From the NCBI GenBank assembly GCA_053919585.1, contig CM132825.1: 63,647 nucleotides of DNA. One strand, 5' to 3'. The DNA comes from Euprymna scolopes. Lineage: Eukaryota. Positions within the stretch are counted from its first letter, which is position 1, and each line of letters begins with the position of its first letter. The notes beneath the pieces were generated by a model. That model searched no databases. It saw nothing but the letters and a program-made list of their open reading frames with translations, and was not told where the DNA came from. A program made the position numbers and the translations under genes. Shown in pieces: positions 15,001 to 28,896 of the stretch.

Positions 15001-18000
15001 TCGAGAGAATGTATTGCAACAATACAAATAACACATCGAGAGAATATATTGCAACAATAAAAATAGCACATCGAGAGAATATATTGCAACAATACAAATA
15101 GCACATCGAGAGAATGTATTGCAACAATACAAATAGCACACCGAGAGAATGTATTACAACAACACAAATAGCACATCGAGAGAATATATTGCAACAATAC
15201 AAATTGCACATCGAGAGAATGTATTGCAACAACACAAATAGCACATCGAGAGAATATATTGCAACAATACAAATAGCCCACCGAGAGAATGTATTACAAC
15301 AACACAAATAACACATCGAGAGAATATATTGCAACAATACAAATAGCACATCGAGAGAATGTATAGCAACAACACAAATAGCACATCGAGAGAATGTATT
15401 GCAACAATACAAATAGCACACCGAGAGAATGTATTGCAACAATACAAATAACACATCGAGAGAATGTATTGCAACAATACAAATAACACATCGAGAGAAT
15501 GTATTGCAACCATACAAATAGCACACTGAGAGAATGTATTGCAACAATACAAATAACACATCGAGAGAATGTATTGCAACAACACAAATAGCACATCGAG
15601 AGAATGTATTGCAACAATACAAATAGCACATCGAGAGAATGTATTGCAACAATACAAATAACACATCGAGAGAATATATTGCAACAATGCAAATAGCACA
15701 CCGAGAGAATTTATTGCAACAACACAAATAGCACATCGAGAGAATGTATTGGAACAATACAAATAGCACATCGAGAGAATATATTGCAATAATACAAATA
15801 GCACACCGAGAGAATGAATTGCAACAACACAAATAGCACATCGAGAGAATATATTACAACAATACAAATAACACATCGAGAGAATGTATTGCAACAATAC
15901 AAATAGCACATGGAGAGAATGTATTGCAATAATACAAATAGCACATCGAGAGAATATATTGCAACAACACAAATAGCACACCGAGAGAATGTATTGCAAC
16001 AACACAAATAGCACACCGAGAGAATATATTGCAACAATACAAATAGCACATCGAGAAAAGATATTGGAACAACACAAATAGCACACCGAGAGAATATATT
16101 GCAACAATACAAATAACACATCGAGAGAATGTATTGCAACAACACAAATAGCACATCGAGAGAATTTATTGCAACAACACAAATAGCACATCGAGAGAAT
16201 GTATCGCAACAATACAAATAGCACACCGAGAGAATGTATTGCAACAACACAAATAGCACACCGAGAGAATATATTGCAACAATACAAATAACATATCGAG
16301 AGAATATATTGCAACAATACAAATAATACATCGAGAGAATTTATTGCAAAAATCAAATAGCACATCGAGAGAATGTATTGCAACAACACAAATAGCACAT
16401 CGAGAGAATGTATTGCAACAACACAAATAGCACATCAAGAGAATGTATTGCAACAATACTAATAGCTCATCGAGAGAATGTATTGCAACAATACTAATAG
16501 CACATCGAGAGAATGTATTGCAACAATACAAATAGCACACCGAGAGAATGTATTGCAACAACACAAATAGCACATCGAGAGAATGTATTGCAACAATACA
16601 AATAACACACCGAGAGAATGTATTGCAACAATACAAATTGCACATCGAGAGAATGCATTGGAACAATACAAATTGCACATCGAGAGAATGTATTGCAACA
16701 ATACAAATAACACACCGAGAGAATGTATTGCAACAAATACAAATAGCACATCGAGAAAATGTATTGCAACAATACAAATAGCACATCGAGTGAATATATT
16801 GCAACAATACAAATAGCACATCGAGAGAATGTATTGCAACAATACAAATAGCACATCGAGAGAATGTATTGCAACAATACAAATAGCACACCGAGAGAAT
16901 GTATTGAAACAATACAAATAGCACACCGAGAGAATGTATTGAAACAATACAAATAGCACATCGAGAGAATGTATTGCAACAATACAAATAGCACATCGAG
17001 AGAATGTATTGCAACAATACAAATAGCACATCGAGAGAATGTATTGCAACAACACAAATAGCACACTGAGAGAATGTATTGCAACAATACAAATAGCACA
17101 CCGAGAGAATGTATTGCAACAATACAAATAGCACATCGAGAGAATGTATTGCAACAATACAAATAGCACATCGAGAGAATGTATTGCAACAATACAAATG
17201 GCACACCGAGAGAATGTATTGAAACAATACAAATGGCACACCGAGAGAATGTATTGAAACAATACAAATAGCACATCGAGAGAATGTATTGCAACAATGC
17301 AAATAGCACATCGAGAGAATGTATTGCAACAATACAAATAGCACATCGAGAGAATGTATTGAAACAATACAAATAGCACACCGAGAGAATGTATTGAAAC
17401 AATACAAATAGCACACCGAGAGAATGTATTGCAACAATACAAATAACACATCGAGAGAATATATTGCAACAATACAAATAATACATCGAGAGAATTTATT
17501 GCAAAAATCAAATAGCACATCGAGAGAATGTATTGCAACAACACAAATAGCACATCGAGAGAATGTATTGCAACAACACAAATAGCACATCAAGAGAATG
17601 TATTGCAACAATACTAATAGCTCATCGAGAGAATGTATTGCAACAATACTAATAGCACATCGAGAGAATGTATTGCAACAATACAAATAGCACACCGAGA
17701 GAATGTATTGCAACAACACAAATAGCACATCGAGAGAATGTATTGCAACAATACAAATAACACACCGAGAGAATGTATTGCAACAATACAAATGGCACAC
17801 CGAGAGAATGTATTGAAACAATACAAATGGCACACCGAGAGAATGTATTGAAACAATACAAATAGCACATCGAGAGAATGTATTGCAACAATACAAATAG
17901 CACATCGAGAGAATGTATTGCAACAATACAAATAACACACCGAGAGAATGTATTGCAACAAATACAAATAGCACATCGAGAAAATGTATTGCAACAATAC

Positions 18001-21000
18001 AAATAGCACATCGAGTGAATATATTGCAACAATACAAATAGCACATCGAGAGAATGTATTGCAACAATACAAATAGCACATCGAGAGAATGTATTGCAAC
18101 AATACAAATAGCACACCGAGAGAATGTATTACAACAACACAAATAGCACATCGAGAGAATATATTGCAACAATACAAATAGCACATCGAGAGAATGTATT
18201 GCAACAACACAAATAGCACATCGAGAGAATATATTGCAACAATACAAATAGCACACCGAGAGAATGTATTACAACAACACAAATAACACATCGAGAGAAT
18301 ATATTGCAACAATACAAATAGCACATCGAGAGAATGTATTGCAACAACACAAATAGCACATCGAGAGAATGTATTGCAACAATACAAATAGCACACCGAG
18401 AGAATGTATTGCAACAATACAAATAACACATCGAGAGAATGTATTGCAACAATACAAATAACACATCGAGAGAATGTATTGCAACCATACAAATAGCACA
18501 CTGAGAGAATGTATTGCAACAATACAAATAGCACACCGAGAGAATGTATTGCAACAATACAAATAGCACACCGAGAGAATGTATTGAAACAATACAAATA
18601 GCACACCGAGAGAATGTATTGAAACAATACAAATAGCACATCGAGAGAATGTATTGAAACAATACAAATAGCACATCGAGAGAATGTATTGCAACAATAC
18701 AAATAGCACATCGAGAGAATGTATTGCAACAATACAAATAGCACATCGAGAGAATGTATTGCAACAATACAAATAGCACACCGAGAGAATGTATTGAAAC
18801 AATACAAATAGCACACTGAGAGAATGTATTGGAACAATACAAATAGCACATCGTGAGAATGTATTGCAACAACACAAATAGCACATCGAGAGAATGTATT
18901 GCAACAATACAAATAGCACACCGAGAGAATGTATTGAAACAATACAAATTGCACACCGAGAGAATGTATTGAAACAATACAAATAGCACATCGAGAGAAT
19001 GTATTGCAACAATGCAAATAGCACATCGAGAGAATGTATTGCAACAATACAAATAGCACATCGAGAGAATGTATTGCAACAATACAAATAGCACACCGAG
19101 AGAATGTATTGAAACAATACAAACAGCACATCGAGAGAATGTATTGAAACAATACAAATAGCACATCGAGAGAATGTATTGCAACAATACAAATAGCACA
19201 TCGAGAGAATGTATTGCAACAATACAGATAGCACATCGAGAGAATGTATTGCAACAATACAAATAGCACATCGAGAGAATGTATTGCAACAATACAAATA
19301 GCACACCGAGAGAATGTATTGAAACAATACAAATAGCACACCGAGAGAATGTATTGAAACAACACAAATTGCACATCGAGAGAATGTATTGCAAAAACAC
19401 AAATTGCACATCGAGAGAATGTATTGCAACAACACAAATTGCACATCGAGAGAATGTATTGCAACAATACAAATAGCACACCGAGAGAATGTATTGAAAC
19501 AATACAAATAGCACACCGAGAGAATGTATTGAAACAATACAAATAGCACACCGAGAGAATGTATTGCAACAATACAAATTGCACATCGAGAGAATGTATT
19601 GCAACAACACAAATAAGACATCGAGAGAATGTATTGCAACAATACAAATAGCACATCGAGAGAATGTATTGAAACAATACAAATAGCACACCGAGAGAAT
19701 GTATTGCAACAATACAAATTGCACATCGAGAGACTGTATTGCAACAACACAAATAAGACATCGAGAGAATGTATTGCAACAACACAAATTGCACATCGAG
19801 AGAATGTATTGCAACAATACAAATTGCACATCGAGAGAATGTATTGCAACAATACAAATTGCACATCGATAGAATGTATTGCAACAATACAAATTGCACA
19901 TCGAGAGAATGTATTGCAACAACACAAATAAGACATCGAGAGAATGTATTGCAACAATACTAATAGCACATCGAGAGAATGTATTGCAACAATACAAATA
20001 GCACATCGAGAGAATATATTGCAACAATACAAATAGCACACCGAGAGAATGTATTGCAACAATACAAATAGCACATCGAGAGAATGTATTGAAACAATAC
20101 AAATAGCACACCGAGAGAATGTATTGCAACAATACAAATAGCAAATCGAGAGAATATATTGCAACAATACAAATTGCATATCGAGAGAATGTATTGAAAC
20201 AATACAAATAGCACACCGAGAGAATGTATTGCAACAATACAAATAGCACATCGAGAGAATGTATTGCAACAATACAAATTGCACATCGAGAGAATGTATT
20301 GAAACAATACAAATAGCACACCGAGAGAATGTATTGCAACAATACAAATAGCACATCGAGAGAATATATTGCAACAATACAAATTGCACATCGAGAGAAT
20401 GTATTGAAACAATACAAATAGCACACCGAGAGAATGTATTGCAACAACACAAATAAGACATCGTGAGAATGTATTGCAACAATACTAATAGCACATCGAG
20501 AGAATGTATTGCAACAATACAAATAGCACACCGAGAGAATGTATTGAAACAATACAAATAGCACACCGAGAGAATGTATTGAAACAACACAAATTGCACA
20601 TCGAGAGATTGTATTGCAACAATACAAATTGCACATCGAGAGAATGTATTGCAACAACACAAATAAGACATCGAGGGAATGTATTGCAACAATACAAATA
20701 GCACATCGAGAGAATGTATTGAAACAATACAAATAGCACATCGAGAGAATGTATTGCAACAATACAAATAAGACACCGAGAGAATGTACTGCAACAATAC
20801 AAATAAGACATCGAGAGAATGTATTGCAACAATACAAATAGCACATCGAGAGAATGTATTGAAACAATACAAATAGCACATCGAGAGAATGTATTGCAAC
20901 AATACAAATAGCACATCGAGAGAATGTATTGCAACAATACAAATAGCACACCGAGAGAATGTATTGAAACAATACAAATAGCACATCGAGAGAATGTATT

Positions 21001-23135
21001 GAAACAATACAAATAGCACATCGAGAGAATGTATTGCAACAATACAAATAGCACATCGAGAGAATGTATTGCAACAATACAGATAGCACATCGAGAGAAT
21101 GTATTGCAACAATACAAATAGCACATCGAGAGAATGTATTGCAACAATACAAATAGCACACCGAGAGAATGTATTGAAACAATACAAATAGCACACCGAG
21201 AGAATGTATTGAAACAACACAAATTGCACATCGAGAGAATGTATTGCAACAACACAAATTGCACATCGAGAGAATGTATTGCAACAACACAAATTGCACA
21301 TCGAGAGAATGTATTGCAACAATACAAATAGCACACCGAGAGAATGTATTGAAACAATACAAATAGCACACCGAGAGAATGTATTTAAACAATACAAATA
21401 GCACACCGAGAGAATGTATTGCAACAATACAAATTGCACATCGAGAGAATGTATTGCAACAACACAAATAAGACATCGAGAGAATGTATTGCAACAATAC
21501 AAATAGCACATCGAGAGAATGTATTGAAACAATACAAATAGCACACCGAGAGAATGTATTGCAACAATACAAATTGCACATCGAGAGACTGTATTGCAAC
21601 AACACAAATAAGACATCGAGAGAATGTATTGCAACAACACAAATTGCACATCGAGAGAATGTATTGCAACAATACAAATTGCACATCGAGAGAATGTATT
21701 GCAACAATACAAATTGCACATCGATAGAATGTATTGCAACAATACAAATTGCACATCGAGAGAATGTATTGCAACAACACAAATAAGACATCGAGAGAAT
21801 GTATTGCAACAATACTAATAGCACATCGAGAGAATGTATTGCAACAATACAAATAGCACATCGAGAGAATGTATTGCAACAATACAAATAGCACACCGAG
21901 AGAATGTATTGCAACAATACAAATAGCACATCGAGAGAATGTATTGAAACAATACCAATAGCACACCGAGAGAATGTATTGCAACAATACAAATAGCAAA
22001 TCGAGAGAATATATTGCAACAATACAAATTGCACATCGAGAGAATGTATTGAAACAATACAAATAGCACACCGAGAGAATGTATTGCAACAATACAAATA
22101 GCACATCGAGAGAATGTATTGCAACAATACAAATTGCACATCGAGAGAATGTATTGAAACAATACAAATAGCACACCGAGAGAATGTATTGCAACAATAC
22201 AAATAGCACATCGAGAGAATATATTGCAACAATACAAATTGCACATCGAGAGAATGTATTGAAACAATACAAATAGCACACCGAGAGAATGTATTGCAAC
22301 AACACAAATAAGACATCGAGAGAATGTATTGCAACAATACTAATAGCACATCGAGAGAATGTATTGCAACAATACAAATAGCACACCGAGAGAATGTATT
22401 GAAACAATACAAATAGCACACCGAGAGAATGTATTGAAACAACACAAATTGCACATCGAGAGAATGTATTGCAACAATACAAATTGCACATCGAGAGAAT
22501 GTATTGCAACAACACAAATAAGACATCGAGGGAATGTATTGCAACAATACAAATAGCACATCGAGAGAATGTATTGAAACAATACAAATAGCACATCGAG
22601 AGAATGTATTGCAACAATACAAATAAGACACCGAGAGAATGTATTGCAACAATACAAATAAGACATCGAGAGAATGTATTGCAACAATACAAATAGCACA
22701 TCGAGAGAATGTATTGAAACAATACAAATAGCACATCGAGAGTATTTATTGCAACAATACAAATAGCACATCGAGAGAATGTATTGCAACAATACAAATA
22801 ACACACCGAGAGAATGTATTGCAACAACACAAATAGCACATCGAGAGAATGTATTGCAACAATACTAATAGCACATCGAGAGAATGTATTGCAACAATAC
22901 AAATAGCACATCGAGAGAATGTATTGCAACAATACAAATAACACATCGAGAGAATGTATTGCAACAATACAAATAGCACATCAAGAGAATGTATTGCGTC
23001 AACACAAATGCACATCGAGAGAATTTATTGCAACACAAGTAGAACATCGACTGAATGTATTGCAACAACACAAGTAGCATATCGCAAAATGTATTCGAAC
23101 AATACAAATAGCATATTGAGAGGATGTATTGCAAC
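1..23135. repeat. 35-bp tandem satellite, consensus GCAACAATACAAATAGCACATCGAGAGAATGTATT, ~660 copies, open at the left window edge
   Basis: Direct reading: 35-nt period throughout, recurrent substitutions (TCGAG/CCGAG, GTATT/ATATT, GCAAC/GAAAC, ATAC/ACAC, ATAGC/ATTGC/ATAAC/ATAAG), rare 1-bp indels; decays at ~22980-23135. Confidence 0.99.
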
Positions 23136-23351
23136 GCGTGCCTGATTTCTCGGAGGCGATTTAGATTAGTGTTTTGTCTCTGGTCACTTCAAAGTTAAAA
23201 AAAGTGTTCTCCTATGAAATAAAACCCAAGCATACGGGAAAGTTCCTGAAGGAATTTCACATTCCGAGTCTAAGTCTGCCAGAGGAGCTACACCATGTGG
23301 GACATGATGGAAGCAGAACGACTTTCCTTAAAAGAAATGAGAAACAAGTTT

Positions 23352-23730
23352 TTTATTTTACACGTATTGTAATGGCTTGTGTTCTGATGAACTCGTTTCA
23401 CTTGTACCCCCTCCACGTACATATCCTCGACAAACCCGCTTAGCAATAAGATCGCACCCATTCATTGATGATGTCCGTAAATGCCTTTTATTCTAATAGT
23501 TTATTCCCTCGAACAGCTCGACTTTTGGAATTCCCTTCCTGCTGCCTGCTTCCCTATCTGTACTGATATGCAGAAGTTTAAATGTAACATAAACAAATAT
23601 CTTGTTAATCTTTCTTAAACATGGCCCCAAATAGTAGCCCCTTACGTCCGAGTGGCGATATGCTTTGTAAGGGGTGAACATGAGTAATAAATAAATAAAT
23701 AAATAAATAAATAAAATAAAATTTAATAAA
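23352..23730 (+). mobile_element. CR1/L2-group LINE 3' end fragment (tail type A)
   Basis: Manual translation LFYTYCNGLCSDELVSLVPPPRTYPRQTRL...AFYSNSLFPRT.RLWNSLPAACFP..TDMQKFKCNINKYL, typical ORF2 C-terminus; 3' UTR cccaaatagtagcccc...agtggc; (TAAA)n tail. Confidence 0.85.
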
Positions 23731-23759
23731 AAAAGCAAAAGTGTCAAGATTCAATCCGA

Positions 23760-24300
23760 GTAAGACGAGAAAAACTAGAATCAGTATTTATAAAACCCAA
23801 ACTGAGTTGCACGCAAATTATATAGAAACACGCTTCGGCATGTTTGGAAATGTAGAATGAATTGATTAAGTCATTTCCAAAAGTGGAATCCACTTGGCGA
23901 ATTATTCAGTCGCCATGGGACTAACATACCAAAGATGCAACGCAATTCCAGCAATGCTGCCACACAGAGATTGGAATATAACGGTCATAGTGGAAGCCCG
24001 TCGTCCGCACCGTTAGTTTTTCCTGTAGGAATATCACTTTGGTAAAGAACTGCCTGCAAAAAGACAGTTCCCAACCAACCAGAGCCACCTGCCATCCCAG
24101 TTCCAACGGTTTCTATTCTGATAACATTTCCAGCTCCAGTTCCAACCTCTGCTCAGGTTCCAGCTCCGAGAAAAGAGGAATCTTTGGAAAGAGTAGAGAG
24201 GAATGGCAGTCATTTGTAAGGAGAGGCTGGAAGAACGCAACTGCAACTTCCACAATCTCACCACACCGTACAACTACTGCCGCAGGGATGGGATGTTGGC
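23760..24300 (+). mobile_element. Degenerate L1/Tx1-like non-LTR retrotransposon ORF1 remnant
   Basis: Manual translation with stops and a frameshift: TRKTRISIY...FGMFGNVE*ID*VISKSGIHLANYSVAMGLT...IPAML...ITVIVEARRPH../SC...LVKNC...EWQSFVRRG; RRM-like region followed by a decayed CCHC knuckle. Confidence 0.65.
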
Positions 24301-24705
24301 TCAGCGATTAATATTGCGGGCTGAAAACCTGGGTGTGCCAAGTTCAAACCTAGTTCGTTTCGCATAAACACTTGCGTGATGTGGCAGTTTAACCGTGTCG
24401 TTACATTGCAACAACTCAGACCCACACGTTGTCTGGTACCGTCGCAGGAACAAGCAAACCAGGATGAACATAAAAACATACGACTCTGCAGTTTTTTCTA
24501 CGTGAATACAAAAACATTTATTCCAGTAATTTTCGACAACGCACTTTACTGTGTTTCAAAATATCACGCGTCGAACATGTCTGTCAAGACGCTCTTTCAC
24601 GCACGTGTCTTTGTTGTCGCTTGTCTCTCCGTTTTCCTTTTCTTTATTCAACGCTGCGGCGCATTTTTTCTATCGCCGCACGAAAGTCAAAACACTTCTG
24701 ATCGC

Positions 24706-24757
24706 TTTCTTCTTCTTCTTCTTCTTCTTCTTCTTCTTCTTCTTCTTCTTCTTCTTT
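24706..24757. repeat. (CTT)n microsatellite
   Basis: Direct reading. Confidence 0.97.
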
Positions 24758-26149
24758 TCCTATATTGACATTATCGCGCATGTGTCCGCTCGTTTCAACA
24801 TGCGCCAAACACTTCTTCTCTCTCCGCCTTTTCTGACCACGAGGTCTATTTTTATTTTTTCTCCTTCTTCTTCCCATGATGTCAACGCGTGCACACTTGC
24901 CAATTTGCATACATGCTTTAAATGTGGCTGTTACTTTTCTCGTTCGTCGACCCTCTATTACAATAATAGCGTACCACTTAGTTACATTAGGAACATTGGT
25001 AACCGTTACATGGTTCTTCAAGCAAGTATCCATTATCCTTCTAGAAAGAATTTTTAATAGATATCGGAAAAACGAATGTCAACAAAATCATTATGAATGG
25101 TGTTTAACAATGACAACAATAACAACACGCAGCAGCAATGGCAGAAACAACAGAAGGTCCCCACAGTGCAAAACCGTCAGAGGAAAAAAAAAACCCTCTA
25201 ATGAGAAGGAAGGAGTCACCGAAACGGAGGTGCACGTGAACTTGCAACTCGTTGTTCAGCAAATCAAAAAAAAAAAAAAAAAAAAAAAAAGAAAAAAGAA
25301 AAGAAAAGAAAAAGAAAAAATAGGATAAGGTGCAAAGGGGGAAAGGAAATATTACCCAATCACCTGATGGAAAACACACCATCCCCTACACCACTGAAAT
25401 CTACATCCACACAGTCAGCACCCATCCCGAGAACAACAACGTTAACCCCCCCCCCCCACATACACACTTGCAACAACACCTGCCCTAGCATTGTAAACAA
25501 TCAAACCGGCACCCTAACACATTCTGTCACCCGCTCTGAATCCTCTAAACAAGAATAAGCCGGGAGACAAAAAGGAGTCAGCATATATCAGTTCCTCGGG
25601 GGGGGGGGGGGCTCTTCCTTTTAAAGCGAGAAGAGTCATCTGCAAAATTGACCCACCCCTCTGTCTGTCGGCACGAAGTGGTTCCTCTGTCAAAGAAGAA
25701 ATTTTAAACCTCTCAAGAACTTCCACCAGATAAGGGGCAAGGACATCGAAGACCCCCACCAATTTCCCGGGTGTCCCCCTCCCTTATGACTTCCAGCAGG
25801 ATTAAAAACTATGCTGTTAAGAGGAGATTGAGCCAGAAGAAATTGCGTCTGATTCATATGATTCTAGGTGGAGTAGATGATGACTCTCAAACGTACTGAT
25901 CATCTAGGGTCAACTACCGCCTATTTTCTTTTTTCTAGAAACCACTGGTTTGAAATCGGACTTCTGCGAATGGATCTCTGTTCAATATCGTTAATGGAAA
26001 GCATTCAGAGTCTTTCACTTCCTCCCAGTTCATGTGTCAGAATTGTCTGCTGTCATTATTGCTCTACATGCTTGCGTTGGAGCTAATACTTTGAACGGGG
26101 CAGCTAGTTTGAATCATTTTGCTTGGCGCGGCATGAGCCAGAGTTTTTG

Positions 26150-27400
26150 CATTCGCCAGTGACATCACTCTTTGTGTCATGCTTTGGAAACATCGAGACA
26201 GTAAGTAGCAGAGTCGCTCATACGCAGTGAAGTGATCATGGAAGCTAAAATCAACTGCAGCAAATCGATTGGCCGGAGGTTGGGTAACGCTATGCTTACA
26301 GCTCCTTTCTGCTAGACTGCTAAATTGCTTCGAATTCTTGATATATGGTTTTTATCACATCTCAAGCTCAAAAGGAATTTAGCGTCAAAGATGAAAACCT
26401 TGGTTAAAACTTGGCTTTAAAGGAAACTCCTTTTAAAAGATATGCCGGATATTCCGCTTTCGTATTTTCTCTCACTCTTTATCAACTGGCTGTACTTCCT
26501 CTGCCCGCGTCCTGCCTATAGGTCATCTTACACCTACTGTTTTCTGGGAGAGAGGGAGGTACTGGATTCACCCTATTCAATGCCATATCGGCGGGCTGGT
26601 TTTCCTGAGCCAAATTTTAATCGAGCAATCTGCGTGGAAGTCGGCAAGTGAGAGCGCATTTTTTAAAACTTATTTCTCCCTTAATTTTTTTTACTTATTT
26701 TCCCTTAATTTTGGACCGTTTGCGACGAAGGAGTGAATTGCACGTCTTCAGAGTAGGGAGCCGCTTACAATAGAATCTTCCGATTTAAACAATATGAAGA
26801 TTTCAATATTTCTGAATTATCCCTGAACTGGCGATTGGCCTGGAACTTGTTACCCATACATGCCGGAAAAGTCAGTTCAAGAACTCGAATGCCCTCGCTG
26901 CAAGGTGCAAACAGAAGAAACATCCAATCATGTTTTTTTGTTTTTTTTCCGATGCTGCAAACTCCGAACAGTTATGGATAAATGTCAACCAGATAATGAC
27001 CTGTAGGGATCCAGAGCATCCTCTGTTGCTAAATGCATCCTACGAAATTAACAACATTGGGTCGCCATTGAACCGAGAGATATGAATCTTAACAGTAGTA
27101 AAAATGGTAGTGTGTACCCCATGTATAAGAGGAACCCCAGGGGCTGAATCTTTCTCCGAACAGGATTCTTTAAGCATCAGCCGAAAGTCGTGATCAGATA
27201 TAATAGAAAGAGATTACATATCTTGGAATTAAAAAAAAAAATAACAAAAAAAAAAAAAAAAAAAAACCCTCAAAAAGCGTACATGAAAATTGCAAGCTTT
27301 GTGCACGAAAAAGAGTCAAGTATGAACCCCTATTCCCTTCCCGAGCATGGGACATGCGGTTTTTGGTCCTGCCGGACACCAGCCATGCAGATAAATTAAC
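26150..27400 (+). mobile_element. Degenerate L1/Tx1-like ORF2 C-terminal region (zf-RVT-type zinc finger)
   Basis: SLNWRLAWNLLP...ECPRCKVQTEETSNHVF..C...EQLWINVNQI...FFKHQPKVVIRYNRKRL; CxxC...ET..H.F..C motif at ~26885-26960; many stops and frameshifts; boundaries approximate. Confidence 0.7.
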
Positions 27401-28264
27401 TTGTTAGCTAGTCGAGTAAATGAATTCTGCTACTCTTTATTTTTTGCCCTCGTTCACCCAATTTTATGTATTTTGGAAAGGCACCATCTACTCGTCAAAA
27501 CTCTGTCCAATTTGTTTTTCTCCCATTTAGATGCCACTTTTGATCTGCTTATTTCGGTTCTGAACAAACAGGGAAAAAGTGGACGGTTTAGTTTAAAAAG
27601 ATTTAAAAAATGACTAGGGTATATTACTATTCGTTTTTTTTTTTTTTTTTAATAATTTAAAAAATTATTTTTTGTTACCCAACATCCAACTGCCAATAAA
27701 TTATATAAATTACAAATTTATACTTGTAAATAAAATTCAAATCCTACACAATCATATTAAGGATATTTTTTATTTAGAATAGCCTCTAGCCAAGTCAGTT
27801 ACGTTATTGTAGACTAAGGCCCTACTTCCCACTTTTAGTGGCATTGTCCCTAATTNNNNNNNNNNNNNNNNNNNNNNNNNNNNNNNNNNNNNNNNNNNNN
27901 NNNNNNNNNNNNNNNNNNNNNNNNNNNNNNNNNNNNNNNNNNNNNNNNNNNNNNNNNNNNNNNNNNNNNNNNNNNNNNNNNNNNNNNNNNNNNNNNNNNN
28001 NNNAACACAAAGTGTAATATCTGTTCTGATACTACACTTCATCTGTTCTGTCCCGGTCAGTGACGGAGAAATCCTTCTAAACTGAGTCAGTTTTTATTTT
28101 TGTTCCTTTTCAGGGTGATCCTTTGTTTAAGAGCTGAATTTAACTGGTCTAACTCTGTCATTGTGTCTACGCAAGTAGGAACTAGAAACAAAACAAAGGG
28201 GTTGTAAATTTGAAAACTAAGAGTAATGCATTCTTCTAAATCCCAATGTACTTACCTAGGAGAT

Positions 28265-28298
<34 letters not shown>

Positions 28299-28635
28299 CA
28301 GGAGAGTCGGTTGAGAGGGTGGGGAATTTAACGGTTTTCATGGCTTCTTTCTTCCTAATTCTCCCCTTTACTCCCTACCCNNNNNNNNNNNNNNNNNNNN
28401 NNNNNNNNNNNNNNNNNNNNNNNNNNNNNNNNNNNNNNNNNNNNNNNNNNNNNNNNNNNNNNNNNNNNNNNNNNNNNNNNNNNNNNNNNNNNNNNNNNNN
28501 NNNNNNNNNNNNNNNTTTACCGCCATCTGATACCCCAGCTTCCTTCTATCCCTTTCTTTTTCCTCTTCCTCTTGATGCTCGTTCTTCTCACCGTCTCTCC
28601 TATCGTTATTGACCTAATTACGGTTAAATAAAAAC

Positions 28636-28638
<3 letters not shown>

Positions 28639-28710
<72 letters not shown>

Positions 28711-28818
28711 TATTATATATGTGTGTATGTGTATGCATTTTATAAATCTCTCTGTCTCTCTCTCTCTCTTTCTCTCTCTCTCTATATATATATATATCTT
28801 TATGCATACATAAATGTA

Positions 28819-28890
<72 letters not shown>
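28639..28890. repeat. Compound microsatellite (CA)n-(CT)n-(TA)n
   Basis: Direct reading. Confidence 0.97.

Positions 28891-28896
<6 letters not shown>

Noticed and set aside
1-23135. CRISPR array (35-bp repeat with partial palindrome)
   Set aside because: Units are head-to-tail with no unique spacers, no cas genes are present, and the context is eukaryotic.
218-23145. Long Cys/Leu-rich ORFs (up to 1719 aa) as real genes or TALE/PPR-like 35-aa repeat proteins
   Set aside because: The same peptide appears in all three frames, there are no unique termini, and the period derives from the 35-nt DNA unit.
23131-23172. Helitron-like 3' end at the right edge of the 35-bp array (gcaacgcgtgcc...ggc...ttag)
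   Set aside because: Stem too short and no CTRR; not distinguishable from chance.
24376-25382. ORFs with poly-L/F/E/K tracts
   Set aside because: Translations of (CTT)n and poly-A runs.
28085-28180. Splice-acceptor-like ttccttttcag
   Set aside because: No supported exon or open frame follows; such motifs are common by chance.
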